DNA of 64,000 bases from an uncultured Actinomycetota bacterium (GCA_963829525.1 CAWHIJ010000003.1:1856001-1920000); one strand, 5' to 3'; positions 1 through 12,912 are shown, counted from the first letter of the stretch. Translations and numbers: made by a program. Notes: a model not told the origin generated them from the letters alone.

Positions 1-756
1 CGAGTGCCCGACCATGCGTCGGACGACGACGCGGGGCTCGGCCACCACTGGCAGCATGGGGACCCCGGCCGCCGCGTAGTCATCGCGGAATTTCAAGGCC
101 AGTGCCCAGAAGTGCGGAGGTGTCCACCAGAACACCACACCGAACAGGATCCATGCCGGCCAAGCCAGGCTGCCGGTGACCGCTGCCCAACCGATGAGAA
201 CCGGCATGCAGCCGGCGATCCCGCCCCACACGATGTTGGACGCAGTACGTCGCTTGAGACCAAGCGTGTAGACGACTACGTAAAACACGATGGCGAAAAG
301 GGTGAGGCCAGTTGCCAACGGGTTGACCAGTGACATCACCCAGAGCGCGGCAACACCGAGAAGCAGCCCGAAGATCAAGGCCGCGCGTGGGCTGACCTTG
401 TGCGTAGCCAGTGGTCGATTGCCTGTGCGCGTCATCACCTCATCGATGTCACGATCGACAAAGCAGTTGAGGCTGTTGGCCGACCCGGCCGCCAGACTGC
501 CGCCCAGGAAAGTTGCCAGGACGAGGGTGAGCGACGGCACGCCCCCCGCGGCCAGGAACATCGTCGGAACCGTCGTCACCAAGAGCAACTCGATGATGCG
601 GGGTTTGGTGAGTGCAACGTAGGCACCGATGGTGGCCCAGACCTGCCGACCACGGCCAGGGGTCGCCGCTCCAGCGGCAGGGCCCTGGCCGACCGAGCCC
701 GCCGAGCCGACCGAGCCGACCGAGCCGACGGGGGAACCGGTATCGGCGACGGTCAC
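1..756 (-). CDS. ctaB: Heme o synthase (protoheme IX farnesyltransferase), 3' end runs off the window
   Basis: Manual minus-strand translation gives [19 protein letters not shown] and [32 protein letters not shown] start at 756 follows GAGG. Lies divergent from tkt, as is typical in actinobacteria. Absent from the ORF track because no stop falls in the window. Confidence 0.93.
   Translation of the reverse strand, partial: MTVADTGSPVGSVGSVGSAGSVGQGPAAGAATPGRGRQVWATIGAYVALTKPRIIELLLVTTVPTMFLAAGGVPSLTLVLATFLGGSLAAGSANSLNCFVDRDIDEVMTRTGNRPLATHKVSPRAALIFGLLLGVAALWVMSLVNPLATGLTLFAIVFYVVVYTLGLKRRTASNIVWGGIAGCMPVLIGWAAVTGSLAWPAWILFGVVFWWTPPHFWALALKFRDDYAAAGVPMLPVVAEPRVVVRRMVGHS
688..729. repeat. 9-bp tandem repeat (GCCGACCGA, about 4.7 copies) encoding (SAR)n in the CtaB N-terminus
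   Basis: GCCGACCGA GCCCGCCGA GCCGACCGA GCCGACCGA GCCGAC read directly. Confidence 0.8.
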
Positions 757-943
757 GTCCACCTCGGCTCGCTGATCGGATCGGCTCTAGGGGATCTGCA
801 CCTCAGGGCCGCTTTCGACTCGTCAGCGCGGAACTAATCCGAGGGTTTGGGCCCCGGATCGACCATCAGTCTATCCCGGTAGGCTGAGATGTCAGGTGGC
901 GCATCCCGCGTTGCCAACCACTCTCCCCCTCGCGAGCGGCCCC

Positions 944-3090
944 ATGACAGATGGCATGACAGATGCTGCCACTGACGCTATGAAGGACGGCAGGACACCC
1001 GACCTCTCCGCCGGTTGGGCCGAACTTGACCGTCGAGCAGTCGATACCTGTCGGGTCTTGGCCATGGACGCCGTTGAGCGTGTCGGAAATGGTCACCCAG
1101 GCACCGCGATGAGCCTGGCCCCTGCCGCCTACCTCCTCTTCCAGCGCCATCTCCGCCATGACCCCGCTGACCCGCACTGGGGCGGCCGCGACCGGTTCGT
1201 CCTTTCGATGGGGCACTCCAGTCTGACGCTCTACCTGCAGCTCTACCTCTCCGGCTACGGCCTCGAGCTCGACGACCTCAAGGCGCTCCGCACCTGGGGC
1301 AGCCGCACGCCGGCCCACCCCGAGTGGGGTCACACCGCCGGAGTTGAGACCACCACCGGCCCCCTTGGACAGGGCCTGGCCAATGGCGTTGGCATGGCTC
1401 TGGCGCAGCGCCGCGTGCGCGGGTTGCTCGATCCCGATGCAGCTTCGGGTTCTAGCCCCTTCGACTGGACAGTCTGGGTGTTCGCCAGCGACGGTGACAT
1501 GCAGGAGGGGATCAGCGCCGAAGCCTCGTCATTGGCTGGCACCCAGAGACTTGGAAATCTCGCGGTGGTCTGGGACGACAACCGGATATCGATCGAGGAC
1601 GACACCAAATCGCCTTCACCGAGGACGTCTGCGCCCGGTACCGCGCCTACGGCTGGGGCGTCATCGAGGTCGATCTGGCCCCGGATGGAGATATCGACGT
1701 CGTCGCCCTCGACGCGGCCTTCACCGAAGCCAGAGTCGATACCGAACGGCCGACGTTCATTCGACTCCGTTCGCAGATCGCCTGGCCGGCGCCACACGCG
1801 GCCAACACCGGCGCCGCCCACGGTGCAGCATTGGGCGCTGACGAAGTCGCCGCCACCAAGCGCGTTCTCGGGTTCGCCGACGACGCCACCTTCTCGGTAG
1901 CACCCGAGGTGCTGCAGCACGCCCGTCGCGTTGGCGACCGCGGTCGAGCGCTTCACCAGCGTTGGCGCGAGCAGTACAACGCCTGGGCGGCGTCGAACCC
2001 TCAGCGTGCTGCTCTGCGCGAGCGGCTGGAGAAGGGGCAGCTCCCCGACGATTGGCGGCTGCACCTCCCAAGCTTCGAACCCGGAACTGCCGTAGCCACC
2101 AGGTCGGCCTCCGGCAAGACGCTGGCCGCTCTCTCAGCGGTCCTCCCCGAACTCTGGGGCGGGTCAGCCGATCTCGGCAGCTCCAACAACACGACGATGC
2201 CCGGTGAGCCATCCGCCCTGCCGGTTGACCGACAGACCGCCGCCTGGCCGGGCGACCCCTACGGCCGGACGCTCCACTTCGGAGTTCGCGAGCACGCCAT
2301 GGGAGCGATTGCAAACGGCATCGCCCTCGAGGGCCATACCCGTCCCTACGTGGGAACCTTTCTCGTCTTCAGCGACTACATGCGCCCATCGGTCCGGATG
2401 GCAGCTCTGATGGGCATCTCCCCCATCTATGTCTGGTCTCACGACTCCATCGGAGTCGGCGAGGACGGCCCAACGCACCAACCCGTTGAACACGTCGCGG
2501 CGCTCCGCGCGATTCCGCAACTGTCCGTGGTCCGCCCGGGCGATGCCAACGAGACGGTGGCAGCGTGGGCCACGGCGCTCGAGAACAGGAATGGTCCAGT
2601 GGCACTGGTTCTGACCCGCCAGAACGTACCCGTGCTGGACGGCACCGCCGAGCTTGCGATCGATGGGACGGCGCGCGGCGGATACGTCCTGGTGGACCCG
2701 ACGCCGGACGGACAGACACAGAACCTGCCGGACGTAATCCTCATCGGCACTGGCTCCGAGGTGCAGCTTGCCGTCGCGGCAGCCGCGACGTTGTCCGAGG
2801 CCGGAGTCGCCGCCAGGGTCGTCTCGATGCCATGCCTGGAGTGGTTTGACCAACAGCCCATCGAGTACCGCGAATCCGTCCTTCCCCCGCAAGTTCGGGC
2901 CCGCGTTGCCGTAGAGGCCGGTCTGCCCCTCTCCTGGTGGCGCCTGGTCGGCGACCACGGCCGGGTGGTGGGGATCGATCACTACGGTGCCTCAGCCGAC
3001 CAGGTCACCCTCTTTCGCGAGTTCGGGATCACCGCTGACGCCGTCGTCCAGGCTGCCCGCGAGTCCCTCACCGCGGTCTCAGAAGGATGA
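944..3090 (+). CDS. tkt: Transketolase, one frameshift at about 1608 (probable sequencing indel)
   Basis: First ORF has GHPGTAMSLAP, RDRFVLSMGH, TTGPLGQG and SDGDMQEG. Second frame has FGVREHAM and HDSIGVGEDGPTHQP. The junction GACACCAAATCGCC lacks one base relative to D-T-x-I-A-F-T-E-D. Confidence 0.93.
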
Positions 3091-3097
3091 GCCTCTC

Positions 3098-4213
3098 GTG
3101 AGCGGGATCAATCGGCTTTCTGAGCAGGGAGTCTCGGTGTGGCTCGATGACCTGGGTCGTGACCGACTCACCTCAGGTGAGCTGGCACGGCTCGTGGGCG
3201 AAGGGGTGTGCGGGGTCACCACCAACCCGTCGATCTTCGCGGCGGCGGTGGCGAAGGGCAACGCGTATGCGCCGCAGCTTGCCTCGCTGAAAGGACTTGC
3301 CCCGGAGCTGGCCCTGCACGCGCTCATGACTGAAGACGTTCGTAACGCATGCGACGTGCTGGCTGAGACCTTCGAGCAGTCCCGCTCGGTTGACGGACGT
3401 GTCTCACTGGAGGTTGACCCTCGTCTGGCGTTGGACACAACAGCGACCATTGCTGCCGCGCGGCGCATCTGGGCCGACATCGACCGTGCCAACGTGATGG
3501 TGAAGATTCCGGCAACTCGTGCGGGGCTCCCCGCCATCACCGAGACGCTGGCCTCGGGCATCAGTGTGAACGTGACCTTGATCTTCGGGATCGACCGTTA
3601 CATCGAAGTGCAGGATGCCTGGATCGCCGGCCTTGAGTCCGCCCGGACCAACGGTCATGACCTCGCAGCCATTGGCTCAGTGGCTTCCTTCTTCGTCAGC
3701 AGACTCGACACCGCTGTCGACACTCGACTCGACGCCATGGCGGCCTCTGGCTCGCTGGACACCGTTGACCACCAACGACTTCGGGGCCGCGCCGCCGTCG
3801 CCAACGCGAGGAACGCCTACCGCGCATTTGTTCACCGGCTGACCGACGCGCGGTGGCTGGCCCTGGAGTCCGCCGGCGCGCAGCCACAACGTCCGCTGTG
3901 GGCATCGACGAGCACCAAAGACCCCACCTTCGCACCGACTCGCTACGTCGACGAGCTCGTCGCCCCCCAGACCGTCAACACGATGCCGTCGGCAACCCTG
4001 ACCGCCGTTGCGGCTGCGACCGCGGAGTATTCGACGGCGATCGGCCTCACCGATGATGACGCGCAGATCGATGCGTCACTGTTCGCTGACCTCGCTCAGG
4101 TGGGAGTCGAGTACGCGCAGGTTGTCGCTGACCTCGAGGAGGCGGGAATAGCGTCATTCAGCGATGCGTGGAAGAGGCTGCTCGATCTGGTGGCTTCCGC
4201 TCAGATGGCTTGA
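3098..4213 (+). CDS. tal: Transaldolase
   Basis: Motifs GVSVWLDDL, GVTTNPSIF, VKIPAT, NVTLIF, SFFVSRLD, RPLWASTSTKDP; follows tkt. Confidence 0.95.
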   Translation: MSGINRLSEQGVSVWLDDLGRDRLTSGELARLVGEGVCGVTTNPSIFAAAVAKGNAYAPQLASLKGLAPELALHALMTEDVRNACDVLAETFEQSRSVDGRVSLEVDPRLALDTTATIAAARRIWADIDRANVMVKIPATRAGLPAITETLASGISVNVTLIFGIDRYIEVQDAWIAGLESARTNGHDLAAIGSVASFFVSRLDTAVDTRLDAMAASGSLDTVDHQRLRGRAAVANARNAYRAFVHRLTDARWLALESAGAQPQRPLWASTSTKDPTFAPTRYVDELVAPQTVNTMPSATLTAVAAATAEYSTAIGLTDDDAQIDASLFADLAQVGVEYAQVVADLEEAGIASFSDAWKRLLDLVASAQMA

Positions 4214-4219
4214 GGCCGG

Positions 4220-4555
4220 CTAGACCTGACCACGCAGTTTGGCGAGCGCCTCGGCCAGGATCGCCTCACCATCGGCGTCCGAGCGCCGCTCCTTGACGTA
4301 GGCAAGGTGAGTCTTGTACGGCTCGTTCTTCGGGGCAGATGGCGGAGTTTCGCGGTCCTGGCCAGCCGGCATCCCGCAACGCGGGCAGTCCCAGGTGTCA
4401 GGAATGTCGGCCTCATCAGCAAAACTCGGGCGTGACTCGTGTGCGTTGGCACACCAGTAGCTGATGCGACGCCGAGGCGCGGGCTCACCGCGCTCAGCTT
4501 CCCCCATGGGGCCAGCACCGACCCGACTCCCGCGAATGGCGCTACCACCAGCCAT
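4220..4555 (-). CDS. rbpA: RNA polymerase-binding protein RbpA
   Basis: AIRGSRVGAGPMGEAERGE, WDCPRCG, YKTHLAYVKERR; adjacent to secG. Confidence 0.92.
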   Translation of the reverse strand: MAGGSAIRGSRVGAGPMGEAERGEPAPRRRISYWCANAHESRPSFADEADIPDTWDCPRCGMPAGQDRETPPSAPKNEPYKTHLAYVKERRSDADGEAILAEALAKLRGQV

Positions 4556-4605
4556 TGCTCACCGCCTCCAGTTACGTGTCATGTCCGATGGACCCTACAA
4601 ACGTG

Positions 4606-4848
4606 CTAGTTCGATCCGAGCAGCAGGCCAAGGCCAACGATGCAAGCGAACCAGATGATCCCAGCAGCGATGGTCATGCGGTCGAGGTTTCGTTCCACGA
4701 CGTTCGATCCTCCGAGTGAGGTCGACATGCCGCCTCCGAACATGTCAGAGAGGCCGCCACCCTTGCCCTTGTGGAGCAAGATGAGAGCGAGCAGGGCCAG
4801 GCTCATCAGGTTGACGATGACCGTGAGGCCAATCTCTATCGCTGACAC
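4606..4848 (-). CDS. secG: Preprotein translocase subunit SecG
   Basis: LLHKGKGGGLSDMFGGG...ERNLDR; two TM segments; downstream of tpiA. Confidence 0.95.
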   Translation of the reverse strand: MSAIEIGLTVIVNLMSLALLALILLHKGKGGGLSDMFGGGMSTSLGGSNVVERNLDRMTIAAGIIWFACIVGLGLLLGSN

Positions 4849-4927
4849 CGAGAATCTCCTCGAGAGGGTGACGGGGCGCTACAAGGATAGGCATGCCGAG
4901 CCCGAAGTGGTGGCCGGACCCCCCGAG

Positions 4928-5731
4928 TCACCCCGCAGAAGCCTGTGTGGACCCATAGCGAACGATGCCGACGAACTCCTCGGCAGACAAACTCGCACCG
5001 CCGATGAGCGCCCCATCGACGTCGGGCTGGGCCATGATTCCGGCTGCATTGTCCGCCTTCACCGAGCCGCCGTACAGGATCCGTACGCCGGCGGCCACGT
5101 CCTGCCCATACGTCTTCGCCACCCACGCGCGAAGAGCGCCGCAAACCTCTTGGGCATCCTCCGGTGTGGCGACCTCGCCGGTTCCGATCGCCCAGACAGG
5201 TTCGTAGGCGATCACCGCCGTTGCGACGTCGTCGACGCCGTCGAGTGACCCCCGTAGCTGTTCGACAACATGCGCAACCTGCTCATCGGCCTGCCGGACC
5301 TCGAGCGCCTCGCCCACGCAGATGATGGGGGTGATTTCATGCCGCCGCGCTGCCTGCGCCTTGGCGGCGACGGTCGCGTCGTCCTCGTGGTGGTACTGGC
5401 GACGCTCGGAGTGGCCAACGACTACGTAGTCGCATCCCAGTTTCGCGAGCATCGCCCCGGACACCTCGCCGGTGAAGGCGCCACTGTCGTGGACGGAGAT
5501 GTCCTGGGCCCCGTAACCGATGCTGACATGGTCGGCATCGATCAGTGTCTGCACCGACCTGATGTCGGTGAACGGCGGTAGGACTGCCACCTCGACCGCC
5601 TCGAGATCAGCGTCGCTGAGGCGGAACGAGAGATCTTGGACCAGGTGCATGGCCTCGAAGTGATTCAAGTTCATCTTCCAGTTGCCGGCCATCAACGGCC
5701 TACGGCCCGCGGGCTTACCCGACTTCGTCAT
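4928..5731 (-). CDS. tpiA: Triosephosphate isomerase
   Basis: [30 protein letters not shown]. Confidence 0.97.
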   Translation of the reverse strand: MTKSGKPAGRRPLMAGNWKMNLNHFEAMHLVQDLSFRLSDADLEAVEVAVLPPFTDIRSVQTLIDADHVSIGYGAQDISVHDSGAFTGEVSGAMLAKLGCDYVVVGHSERRQYHHEDDATVAAKAQAARRHEITPIICVGEALEVRQADEQVAHVVEQLRGSLDGVDDVATAVIAYEPVWAIGTGEVATPEDAQEVCGALRAWVAKTYGQDVAAGVRILYGGSVKADNAAGIMAQPDVDGALIGGASLSAEEFVGIVRYGSTQASAG

Positions 5732-6957
5732 CAGGGCGCTCCACTCTCTCCGGTGGTCTGGTCGAGGACCGCGATGCCAGGAAGAACACGTCCCTCGAGA
5801 AACTCCAAGCTCGCGCCGCCACCGGTGGAGATGTGGCCGAAGGCTCGCTCGTCGAATCCAAGGGTCCGGACTGCGGCGGCAGAGTCACCTCCGCCGACCA
5901 CCGTGAAACCCGAGGAGTCGGTCAGTGCCTGGGCGACTGCACGCGTTCCCGCAGCAAACGTCGGGAACTCAAAGACCCCCATCGGTCCGTTCCAGAACAC
6001 CGTCTGCGCATCGGCTAAGGCATCGGCGAACTCCCGCTGTGCCGCAGGGCCGATATCGAGGCCCATTGCATTGTCCGGGATCGCCGACGCGGCCACGACG
6101 CTCGGCGTCGCGTCAGCAGCAAATCGGTCAGCCACCACGATATCGCTCGGCAGCACGATCTCGACACCCCGCCGCACCGCATCGGCGAGCAATCCGCGGA
6201 CAGTATCGATCTGGTCCTGCTCCAGCAGCGAAGTTCCTGTTGGGTACCCCTTCGCCGCGAGGAAGGTGTAGACCATGCCGCCACCTACGAGCATTCGATC
6301 AACGCGCTCAAGGAGATGGGCTATCACCGCAAGCTTGTCGCTGACTTTCGACCCGCCAAGCACGACGGCGTATGGCCGGCTCGGATCGTCAGTGAGCCGC
6401 GTGAGTACTTCCATCTCAGCTGCAACCAAGCGCCCCGCGTAGGAAGGGCGTCGAGTCGCGATATCGAAGACACTCGCTTGCTTTCGGTGCACAACACCGA
6501 ACCCATCACTGACAAAGACGTCGCACAGAGCTGCGTACTTCTCAGCTAACGCGGCTCGTTCGTCTTCGTCCTTGCTTGTCTCCCGAGCGTCGAACCGCAC
6601 GTTCTCCAGAACGAGGACGTTTCCCGTGGGCAGGGAGGCGACCGCACTTGCGGCTTCCGATCCAGATGACGCCGCAACAAAGCTCACGGGGAAATCGAGG
6701 AGCTGACCGAGGCGGTCAGCCACGGGCCTCAGCGACAGCTCGGCACGGACTTCGCCTTTGGGACGCCCGAGGTGGGCGGCCACAATCACCCGGGCTCCGG
6801 CCGAAGCAAGAAGATCAATCGTTGGCACGCTCGCCCGTATTCGTCCGTCGTCAGTGATACGGCCATCGTCCATCGGAACGTTTAGGTCAGAGCGCACAAG
6901 CACGCGTACATCCGACAAATCGCCTTGCTTCGCGAGCAGGGCGTCCAAAGAACGCAT
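5731..6957 (-). CDS. pgk: Phosphoglycerate kinase
   Basis: [46 protein letters not shown]. Confidence 0.97.
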   Translation of the reverse strand: MRSLDALLAKQGDLSDVRVLVRSDLNVPMDDGRITDDGRIRASVPTIDLLASAGARVIVAAHLGRPKGEVRAELSLRPVADRLGQLLDFPVSFVAASSGSEAASAVASLPTGNVLVLENVRFDARETSKDEDERAALAEKYAALCDVFVSDGFGVVHRKQASVFDIATRRPSYAGRLVAAEMEVLTRLTDDPSRPYAVVLGGSKVSDKLAVIAHLLERVDRMLVGGGMVYTFLAAKGYPTGTSLLEQDQIDTVRGLLADAVRRGVEIVLPSDIVVADRFAADATPSVVAASAIPDNAMGLDIGPAAQREFADALADAQTVFWNGPMGVFEFPTFAAGTRAVAQALTDSSGFTVVGGGDSAAAVRTLGFDERAFGHISTGGGASLEFLEGRVLPGIAVLDQTTGESGAP

Positions 6958-6963
6958 GACCGG

Positions 6964-8013
<1,050 letters not shown>

Positions 8014-8994
8014 CTACAACCGGAGCATATCGGCGGTGACGTTCGCCTCCGTGCCTTCGATCCCAAGATCAGAAGCTCGCTTGTCCGCCATCGCCAGCAG
8101 CCGCCGGATTCGCCCGGCAATCGCGTCCTTGGTCAGCGGTGGATCGGCGAGGGCGCCGAGCTCTTCGAGGCTGGCCTGCTTGTGCTGCAGTCGCAGGTGC
8201 CCCGCGACTGACAGATGCTCGGGAACCTCATCCCCCAATATCTCCAATGCCCTTTCGACCCGCGCCCCCGCTGCGACGGCGGCTCTGGCCGACCGACGCA
8301 GATTGGCGTCGTCGAAGTTGGCGAGTCGATTCGCGGTAGCTCGCACCTCGCGTCGCATCCGCCGGTCTTCCCACGCCAGCACGCTGTCGTGGGCACCCAG
8401 TCGGGTCAGCATTGCCCCGATCGCATCACCGTCGCGAATCACCACGCGGTCGACCCCGCGCACCTCGCGCGCCTTCGAGGCAATCCCGAGCCGGCGGGCG
8501 GCGCCCACCAACGCCAATGCTGCTTCGGGGCCAGGGCAGGTGATTTCCATGGCTGAGGACCGGCCCGGCTCCGTGAGCGACCCATGCGCGAGGAAGGCGC
8601 CCCGCCAGGCCGATTCGGCGTCGCAGATCGCCCCGGACACCACCGGCGGGGGAAGTCCTCGCACCGGCCGTCCGCGACCGTCGACGAGACCGGTCTGGCG
8701 GGCCAACGCGTCACCGTCCTTGACGATGCGGACGACGTAGCGGGTGCCTTTGCGGAGACCGCCTGCCGCCAGCACCGCGAGGTCGCTGGAGTGGCCGTAG
8801 ACCTCGGAGATGTCTTTGCGAAGCCGACGAGCCGCCGCCCCGGTGTCGAGCTCTGCTTCGAGGATGATGTGCCCACTCACCAGGTGGAGTCCACCGGCAA
8901 AACGCAGCAGGGCCGAAACCTCGGCCTTACGGCAGCAGGGCTTGGTGACGGTCAGTCGAGCAAGCTCGTCCTTCACCTGGGCGGTCATGGCCAT
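8014..8994 (-). CDS. whiA: DNA-binding protein WhiA
   Basis: [57 protein letters not shown]. Confidence 0.96.
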   Translation of the reverse strand: MAMTAQVKDELARLTVTKPCCRKAEVSALLRFAGGLHLVSGHIILEAELDTGAAARRLRKDISEVYGHSSDLAVLAAGGLRKGTRYVVRIVKDGDALARQTGLVDGRGRPVRGLPPPVVSGAICDAESAWRGAFLAHGSLTEPGRSSAMEITCPGPEAALALVGAARRLGIASKAREVRGVDRVVIRDGDAIGAMLTRLGAHDSVLAWEDRRMRREVRATANRLANFDDANLRRSARAAVAAGARVERALEILGDEVPEHLSVAGHLRLQHKQASLEELGALADPPLTKDAIAGRIRRLLAMADKRASDLGIEGTEANVTADMLRL

Positions 8995-9007
8995 GGGCGG
9001 CATCCTC

Positions 9008-9991
9008 TCACCCTGCCCCATTTTGTGGGGGCCGTGGGGCTGTTAACCACGGGCGGAGGGCTGCTGCCAGGGCATCTGGATCGTGCCTGGGCAACGTGGA
9101 CAGTTCTCTGACATTGCCCAGTGCGACCTCGGCCCCGAGCTGCGCGGCTGCCTTCTCAAGGGCATCGATGTCGGTGACCGATGAGGGGTCGGCGAGCACG
9201 ACATCGATTCCCAGCCCGGGAGCATGCCGCTCCAGCACCTGAAGGTACGACTCGGGAGCGAAGCCCGTGGTCTCACCTGCTTGGGGTTCGAGATTGAGTA
9301 CGACCATGCGTCGAGCAGCCGTCCGCCTCAGCGCCGCAGCCAGCCCAGGGACCAGAAGGTGCGGGATCACGCTGGTGAACCACGACCCGGGGCCGAGCAC
9401 CACCCAGTCGGCGTCCTCGATGGCTTCGACGGCCTGTGGGCAGGCCGGTGGTTCCTGTGGAAGCAACATGACGTCGACTATTCGACCCGTTGCCGTCGCG
9501 ACAGCCACCTGACCCCGCACCACCACAAGCGAGCCATCGTGGTGTTCGACACGGGCCTCGATCTCGAGCGGGACGGTGGTCATCGGAAGCACCCGGCCAG
9601 ATGACTTGAGCAGGCGGCCGACCCAGTCAAGTCCGTTCACCGGGTCGTCCGCGGCAAGCTCCCACAGCGCCACAATGAGCAAGTTGCCAACGCTATGACC
9701 GGCCAAGTCCCCGGGGCCAGCGAACCGGTGCTGGACAACTCGGCTCCATGTGCGTCCCCATTCGTCGTCCTCGCAGAGCGCAGCCAACGCCATACGCAAG
9801 TCACCTGGCGGTAGCACTCCGAGGTCTCGCCGGAGGCGTCCACTGGAGCCCCCGTCATCGGCGACGGTGACGACCGCAGTCACGTTGGGGGTGACTCGCC
9901 GCAGGGCAGACAGGGAGGCCGCCAAGCCGTGCCCTCCACCGAAGGCCACGACACAAGGCGCCCCGGTTCTCGCGGCCTTGAAGTCACTCAC
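9008..9991 (-). CDS. yvcK: UDP-GlcNAc-binding gluconeogenesis factor, YvcK/CuvA family
   Basis: [41 protein letters not shown] start overlaps the rapZ 3' end. Confidence 0.9.
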   Translation of the reverse strand: MSDFKAARTGAPCVVAFGGGHGLAASLSALRRVTPNVTAVVTVADDGGSSGRLRRDLGVLPPGDLRMALAALCEDDEWGRTWSRVVQHRFAGPGDLAGHSVGNLLIVALWELAADDPVNGLDWVGRLLKSSGRVLPMTTVPLEIEARVEHHDGSLVVVRGQVAVATATGRIVDVMLLPQEPPACPQAVEAIEDADWVVLGPGSWFTSVIPHLLVPGLAAALRRTAARRMVVLNLEPQAGETTGFAPESYLQVLERHAPGLGIDVVLADPSSVTDIDALEKAAAQLGAEVALGNVRELSTLPRHDPDALAAALRPWLTAPRPPQNGAG

Positions 9992-10946
9992 GGCCGAGAT
10001 CCCGGTGGACAACCCGGATGGAGACACTCTCAGAGGCGATCCGGCGACCGAGCTCGGCTGACAGGGCCACGCTGCGATGCTTGCCTCCCGTACATCCCAG
10101 CGCGACGGTGGCATAGCGCTTGTTCTCGGTGCGATAGCCCTCAAGCGCGATTCGGAGTGCCGCTTCGTAGGCGTTGAGGAACGGCACGGCGTCCGGCTGC
10201 CCGAGCACGTACTCGGCGACCATCGAATCCTCACCTGTGAGAGCTCGGAGGTCAGGTACCCAGTACGGGTTCGGCAAGAACCGGCAGTCGGCTACGAAGT
10301 CGGCATCCACTGGCAGCCCGTACTTGAAACCGAAAGACATGACGGTGATCTGGACGGGTCGAGCACCGCCGTGCCCCAGGGCGGTCTCGATCCTGGTACG
10401 CAGCTGGTGGACGTTCAATGGCGAGGTGTCGATCAGCAGATCGGCTGATTCCCTGAGCGTGCCCAGCAGAGCTCGCTCGGCGGCAATTCCCTCGACCACC
10501 CGACCGTCCCCCTGCAGCGGGTGTGGACGCCGCGAGGACTCAAATCGCCGAACGAGCGTGTCGTCGTCAGCTTCGAGGAAGACAAGGCGGGGCTCGATCC
10601 CGAACGCTTCCACGGCGCCAAGAGCCGCCTGGAGGTCGCCAAAGAACTCGCCGCCGCGGACGTCTGCCACCGCCGCGATGCGCAGCCCCCCGGAGTCTGC
10701 GGCGGAGTCGAAGTCAGCCCTTCCGGCGCGCCCCTGCCGGGCCAGCTCGACCATGCGCGGCAGCAGCGAGGGCGGCATATTGTCGACAACGAACCAGCCA
10801 AGGTCCTCAAGGGCGTTGGCCGCTGTGCTCCTTCCGGCCCCGGACATCCCGGTGAGTACCAGCACCTCTGGCTGGTCCACCGAGCTGCCGTTCGCCATCG
10901 TCGGGCTCTCCGGAGGAGTGAGTGGCGGCTTGCTGCTGTCAGGCAC
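9984..10946 (-). CDS. rapZ: RNase adapter RapZ/YvcJ family P-loop protein
   Basis: TGMSGAGRS, VVDNMP, RRPHPL, SFGFKYG, CTGGKHRSV. Start is uncertain; CACAAT-N6-GTG suggests a leaderless start at 10946. Confidence 0.92.
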   Translation of the reverse strand: MPDSSKPPLTPPESPTMANGSSVDQPEVLVLTGMSGAGRSTAANALEDLGWFVVDNMPPSLLPRMVELARQGRAGRADFDSAADSGGLRIAAVADVRGGEFFGDLQAALGAVEAFGIEPRLVFLEADDDTLVRRFESSRRPHPLQGDGRVVEGIAAERALLGTLRESADLLIDTSPLNVHQLRTRIETALGHGGARPVQITVMSFGFKYGLPVDADFVADCRFLPNPYWVPDLRALTGEDSMVAEYVLGQPDAVPFLNAYEAALRIALEGYRTENKRYATVALGCTGGKHRSVALSAELGRRIASESVSIRVVHRDLGRE

Positions 10947-10981
10947 GGGGACATTGTGTCGCACCTGTGGCTGAGCTGGGG

Positions 10982-12904
10982 CTAGTCGCTGACGATCTCG
11001 CCTGTCGAGGTGTCCACACGCTCGGCGGTGGGCTGCTCCGCAAGCGTCGCCACGATGATCTCGGCTAGTCGAGGCCCAATCCCGGAGACCTGCTGGAGGG
11101 TCTCGGCGTCGGCTGCCTTGATCTTGCGCAGCGACCCGAATCGGCGCAGTAGTGCGCGTTTGCGCTCCGGACCAAGTCCGGCGATGGCATCGAGGGCGCT
11201 GGTCGTGGTGGCCCGGCTGCGCTTCTGCCGTTGGTAGGCGATGGCGAATCGATGCGCCTCATCGCGGACTCGCTGCAGCAGGAAGAGCCCTTGAGAGCCG
11301 CGAGACAAGATCATCGGGGTCTCATCCCCGGCGACCCAGACTTCCTCCAACCTCTTGGCCAACCCCACCACAGTCACATCGGTGATTCCGAGCTCAGTGA
11401 CGGCGTCGGCCGCGGCAGCTGCCTGCGCCGGCCCACCATCGACCACGACCAGCTGAGGACGGTAGGCGAACCTCTTGGGGCGTCCGATCTCGTCGTCGGC
11501 TCCCCCCTCGTCCGTGCCCTCCACCAACCTCCGAAATCGCCGCCCGACAACCTCGGCCATAGCAGCCGGATCGTCACCGCCTGGGCTCTTTACCGAAAAG
11601 CGCCGATAGTCGCCCGTTCTCGGCATGCCGTCCTCGAAGACGACCATCGACGCGACCGGATCGGTACCGGCCAGGTGGGAGATGTCGAAGCACTCGATCC
11701 GCAGCGGCGCCTCAGGCAGTGCGAGCGCCTCTTGGAGCTCTTCGAGCGCGACCGCTCGGGCAGTGAGGTCGCCTGAGCGCTTCACCTTGTGTATGGCCAG
11801 CGCATGCGAGGCGTTCTGGGCCACTGTCTCCATGAGGGCACGCTTGTCTCCACGCATCGGTATCCGGACATCGACGTGCGAGCCCCGACGCTCAGAGAGC
11901 CAGGCGCTGACCAGCTGCGGATCCGTCGGTGCAACGCCTGTCAGAACTTCGCGAGGAATCGACTCGGGGACCAACTCGCCGTACAGATACGTGAGGAATT
12001 GCTCCATCAGCGCGGGGCCGTCGACGTCATCCAGCTTCTCGGTGACCGTTCCGCGCTGGCCTCGTATCCGTCCTCCGCGCACATGAAACACATGGAATGC
12101 GACCTCAAGCTCGTCTTCCACCATGGCGATGACGTCCGCATCGGTGTCGTCGGGGAGCACCACCGTGTTGCGCTCAAGAGCGCGCTCGAGGGCACGGATG
12201 TCATCACGTAGCCGGGCCGCGCGCTCGTACTCCTGAGCCTCCGACGCCTCCTTCATCAGGCGCTGCCGCTCTTTCATGAAGCGGCCGGTGTCACCGGCGA
12301 GAAAGGCGCAGAGATCGTCGACCAGGACGCGGTGGTCCTCTGCCGAGATTTGATCGACGCAAGGCGCCGTGCACTTGTCGATGTACCCGAGAAGGCAGGG
12401 GCGCCCCATCTGGCCGGCTCTCTTGAAGACACCAGCGCTGCATGACCTGATCGGGAAAACCCGAAGTAGTTGGTCGAGCGTCTCGCGAATCGCCCATGCG
12501 TGCGAATAAGGACCGAAGTAGCGCACACCCTTGCGCTTGGAGCCTCGCATCACCTGGGCCCGCGGGAAGGTCTCACCCACGCTGACGGCTAGGAATGGAT
12601 AGCTCTTGTCATCTCGGTACTTGACGTTGAACCGCGGGTCGAACTCCTTGATCCAGGAGTACTCGAGCTGAAGCGCCTCGACCTCGGTGGCAACCACCGT
12701 CCAGGTGACCGACGCCGCTCCCCACACCATTGATCGGGTGCGTGGGTGCAGAGCCTCGGGGTCCTGGAAGTACTGCCCGAGTCGGCTTCGCAGGCTCTTG
12801 GCCTTGCCGACATAGACAACGCGCCCCTCAGCGTCGAGGAACCGGTACACCCCTGGTCGGTCGGGGATGCTGCCCGGTGTCGGGCGGTAGAGCGTGGGAT
12901 CCAT
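10982..12904 (-). CDS. uvrC: Excinuclease ABC subunit C
   Basis: GIY-YIG PGVYRF..YVGKAKSLR, RIECFDISH, VDGG, RDEAHRFA, and a C-terminal HhH domain. Confidence 0.97.
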   Translation of the reverse strand: MDPTLYRPTPGSIPDRPGVYRFLDAEGRVVYVGKAKSLRSRLGQYFQDPEALHPRTRSMVWGAASVTWTVVATEVEALQLEYSWIKEFDPRFNVKYRDDKSYPFLAVSVGETFPRAQVMRGSKRKGVRYFGPYSHAWAIRETLDQLLRVFPIRSCSAGVFKRAGQMGRPCLLGYIDKCTAPCVDQISAEDHRVLVDDLCAFLAGDTGRFMKERQRLMKEASEAQEYERAARLRDDIRALERALERNTVVLPDDTDADVIAMVEDELEVAFHVFHVRGGRIRGQRGTVTEKLDDVDGPALMEQFLTYLYGELVPESIPREVLTGVAPTDPQLVSAWLSERRGSHVDVRIPMRGDKRALMETVAQNASHALAIHKVKRSGDLTARAVALEELQEALALPEAPLRIECFDISHLAGTDPVASMVVFEDGMPRTGDYRRFSVKSPGGDDPAAMAEVVGRRFRRLVEGTDEGGADDEIGRPKRFAYRPQLVVVDGGPAQAAAAADAVTELGITDVTVVGLAKRLEEVWVAGDETPMILSRGSQGLFLLQRVRDEAHRFAIAYQRQKRSRATTTSALDAIAGLGPERKRALLRRFGSLRKIKAADAETLQQVSGIGPRLAEIIVATLAEQPTAERVDTSTGEIVSD

Positions 12905-12912
12905 AAGACGCG

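Noticed and set aside
1600-1620. Programmed ribosomal frameshifting in tkt (and likewise in aroC)
   Set aside because: No canonical slippery heptamer or stimulatory structure; several indels lie at short homopolymers typical of long-read errors.
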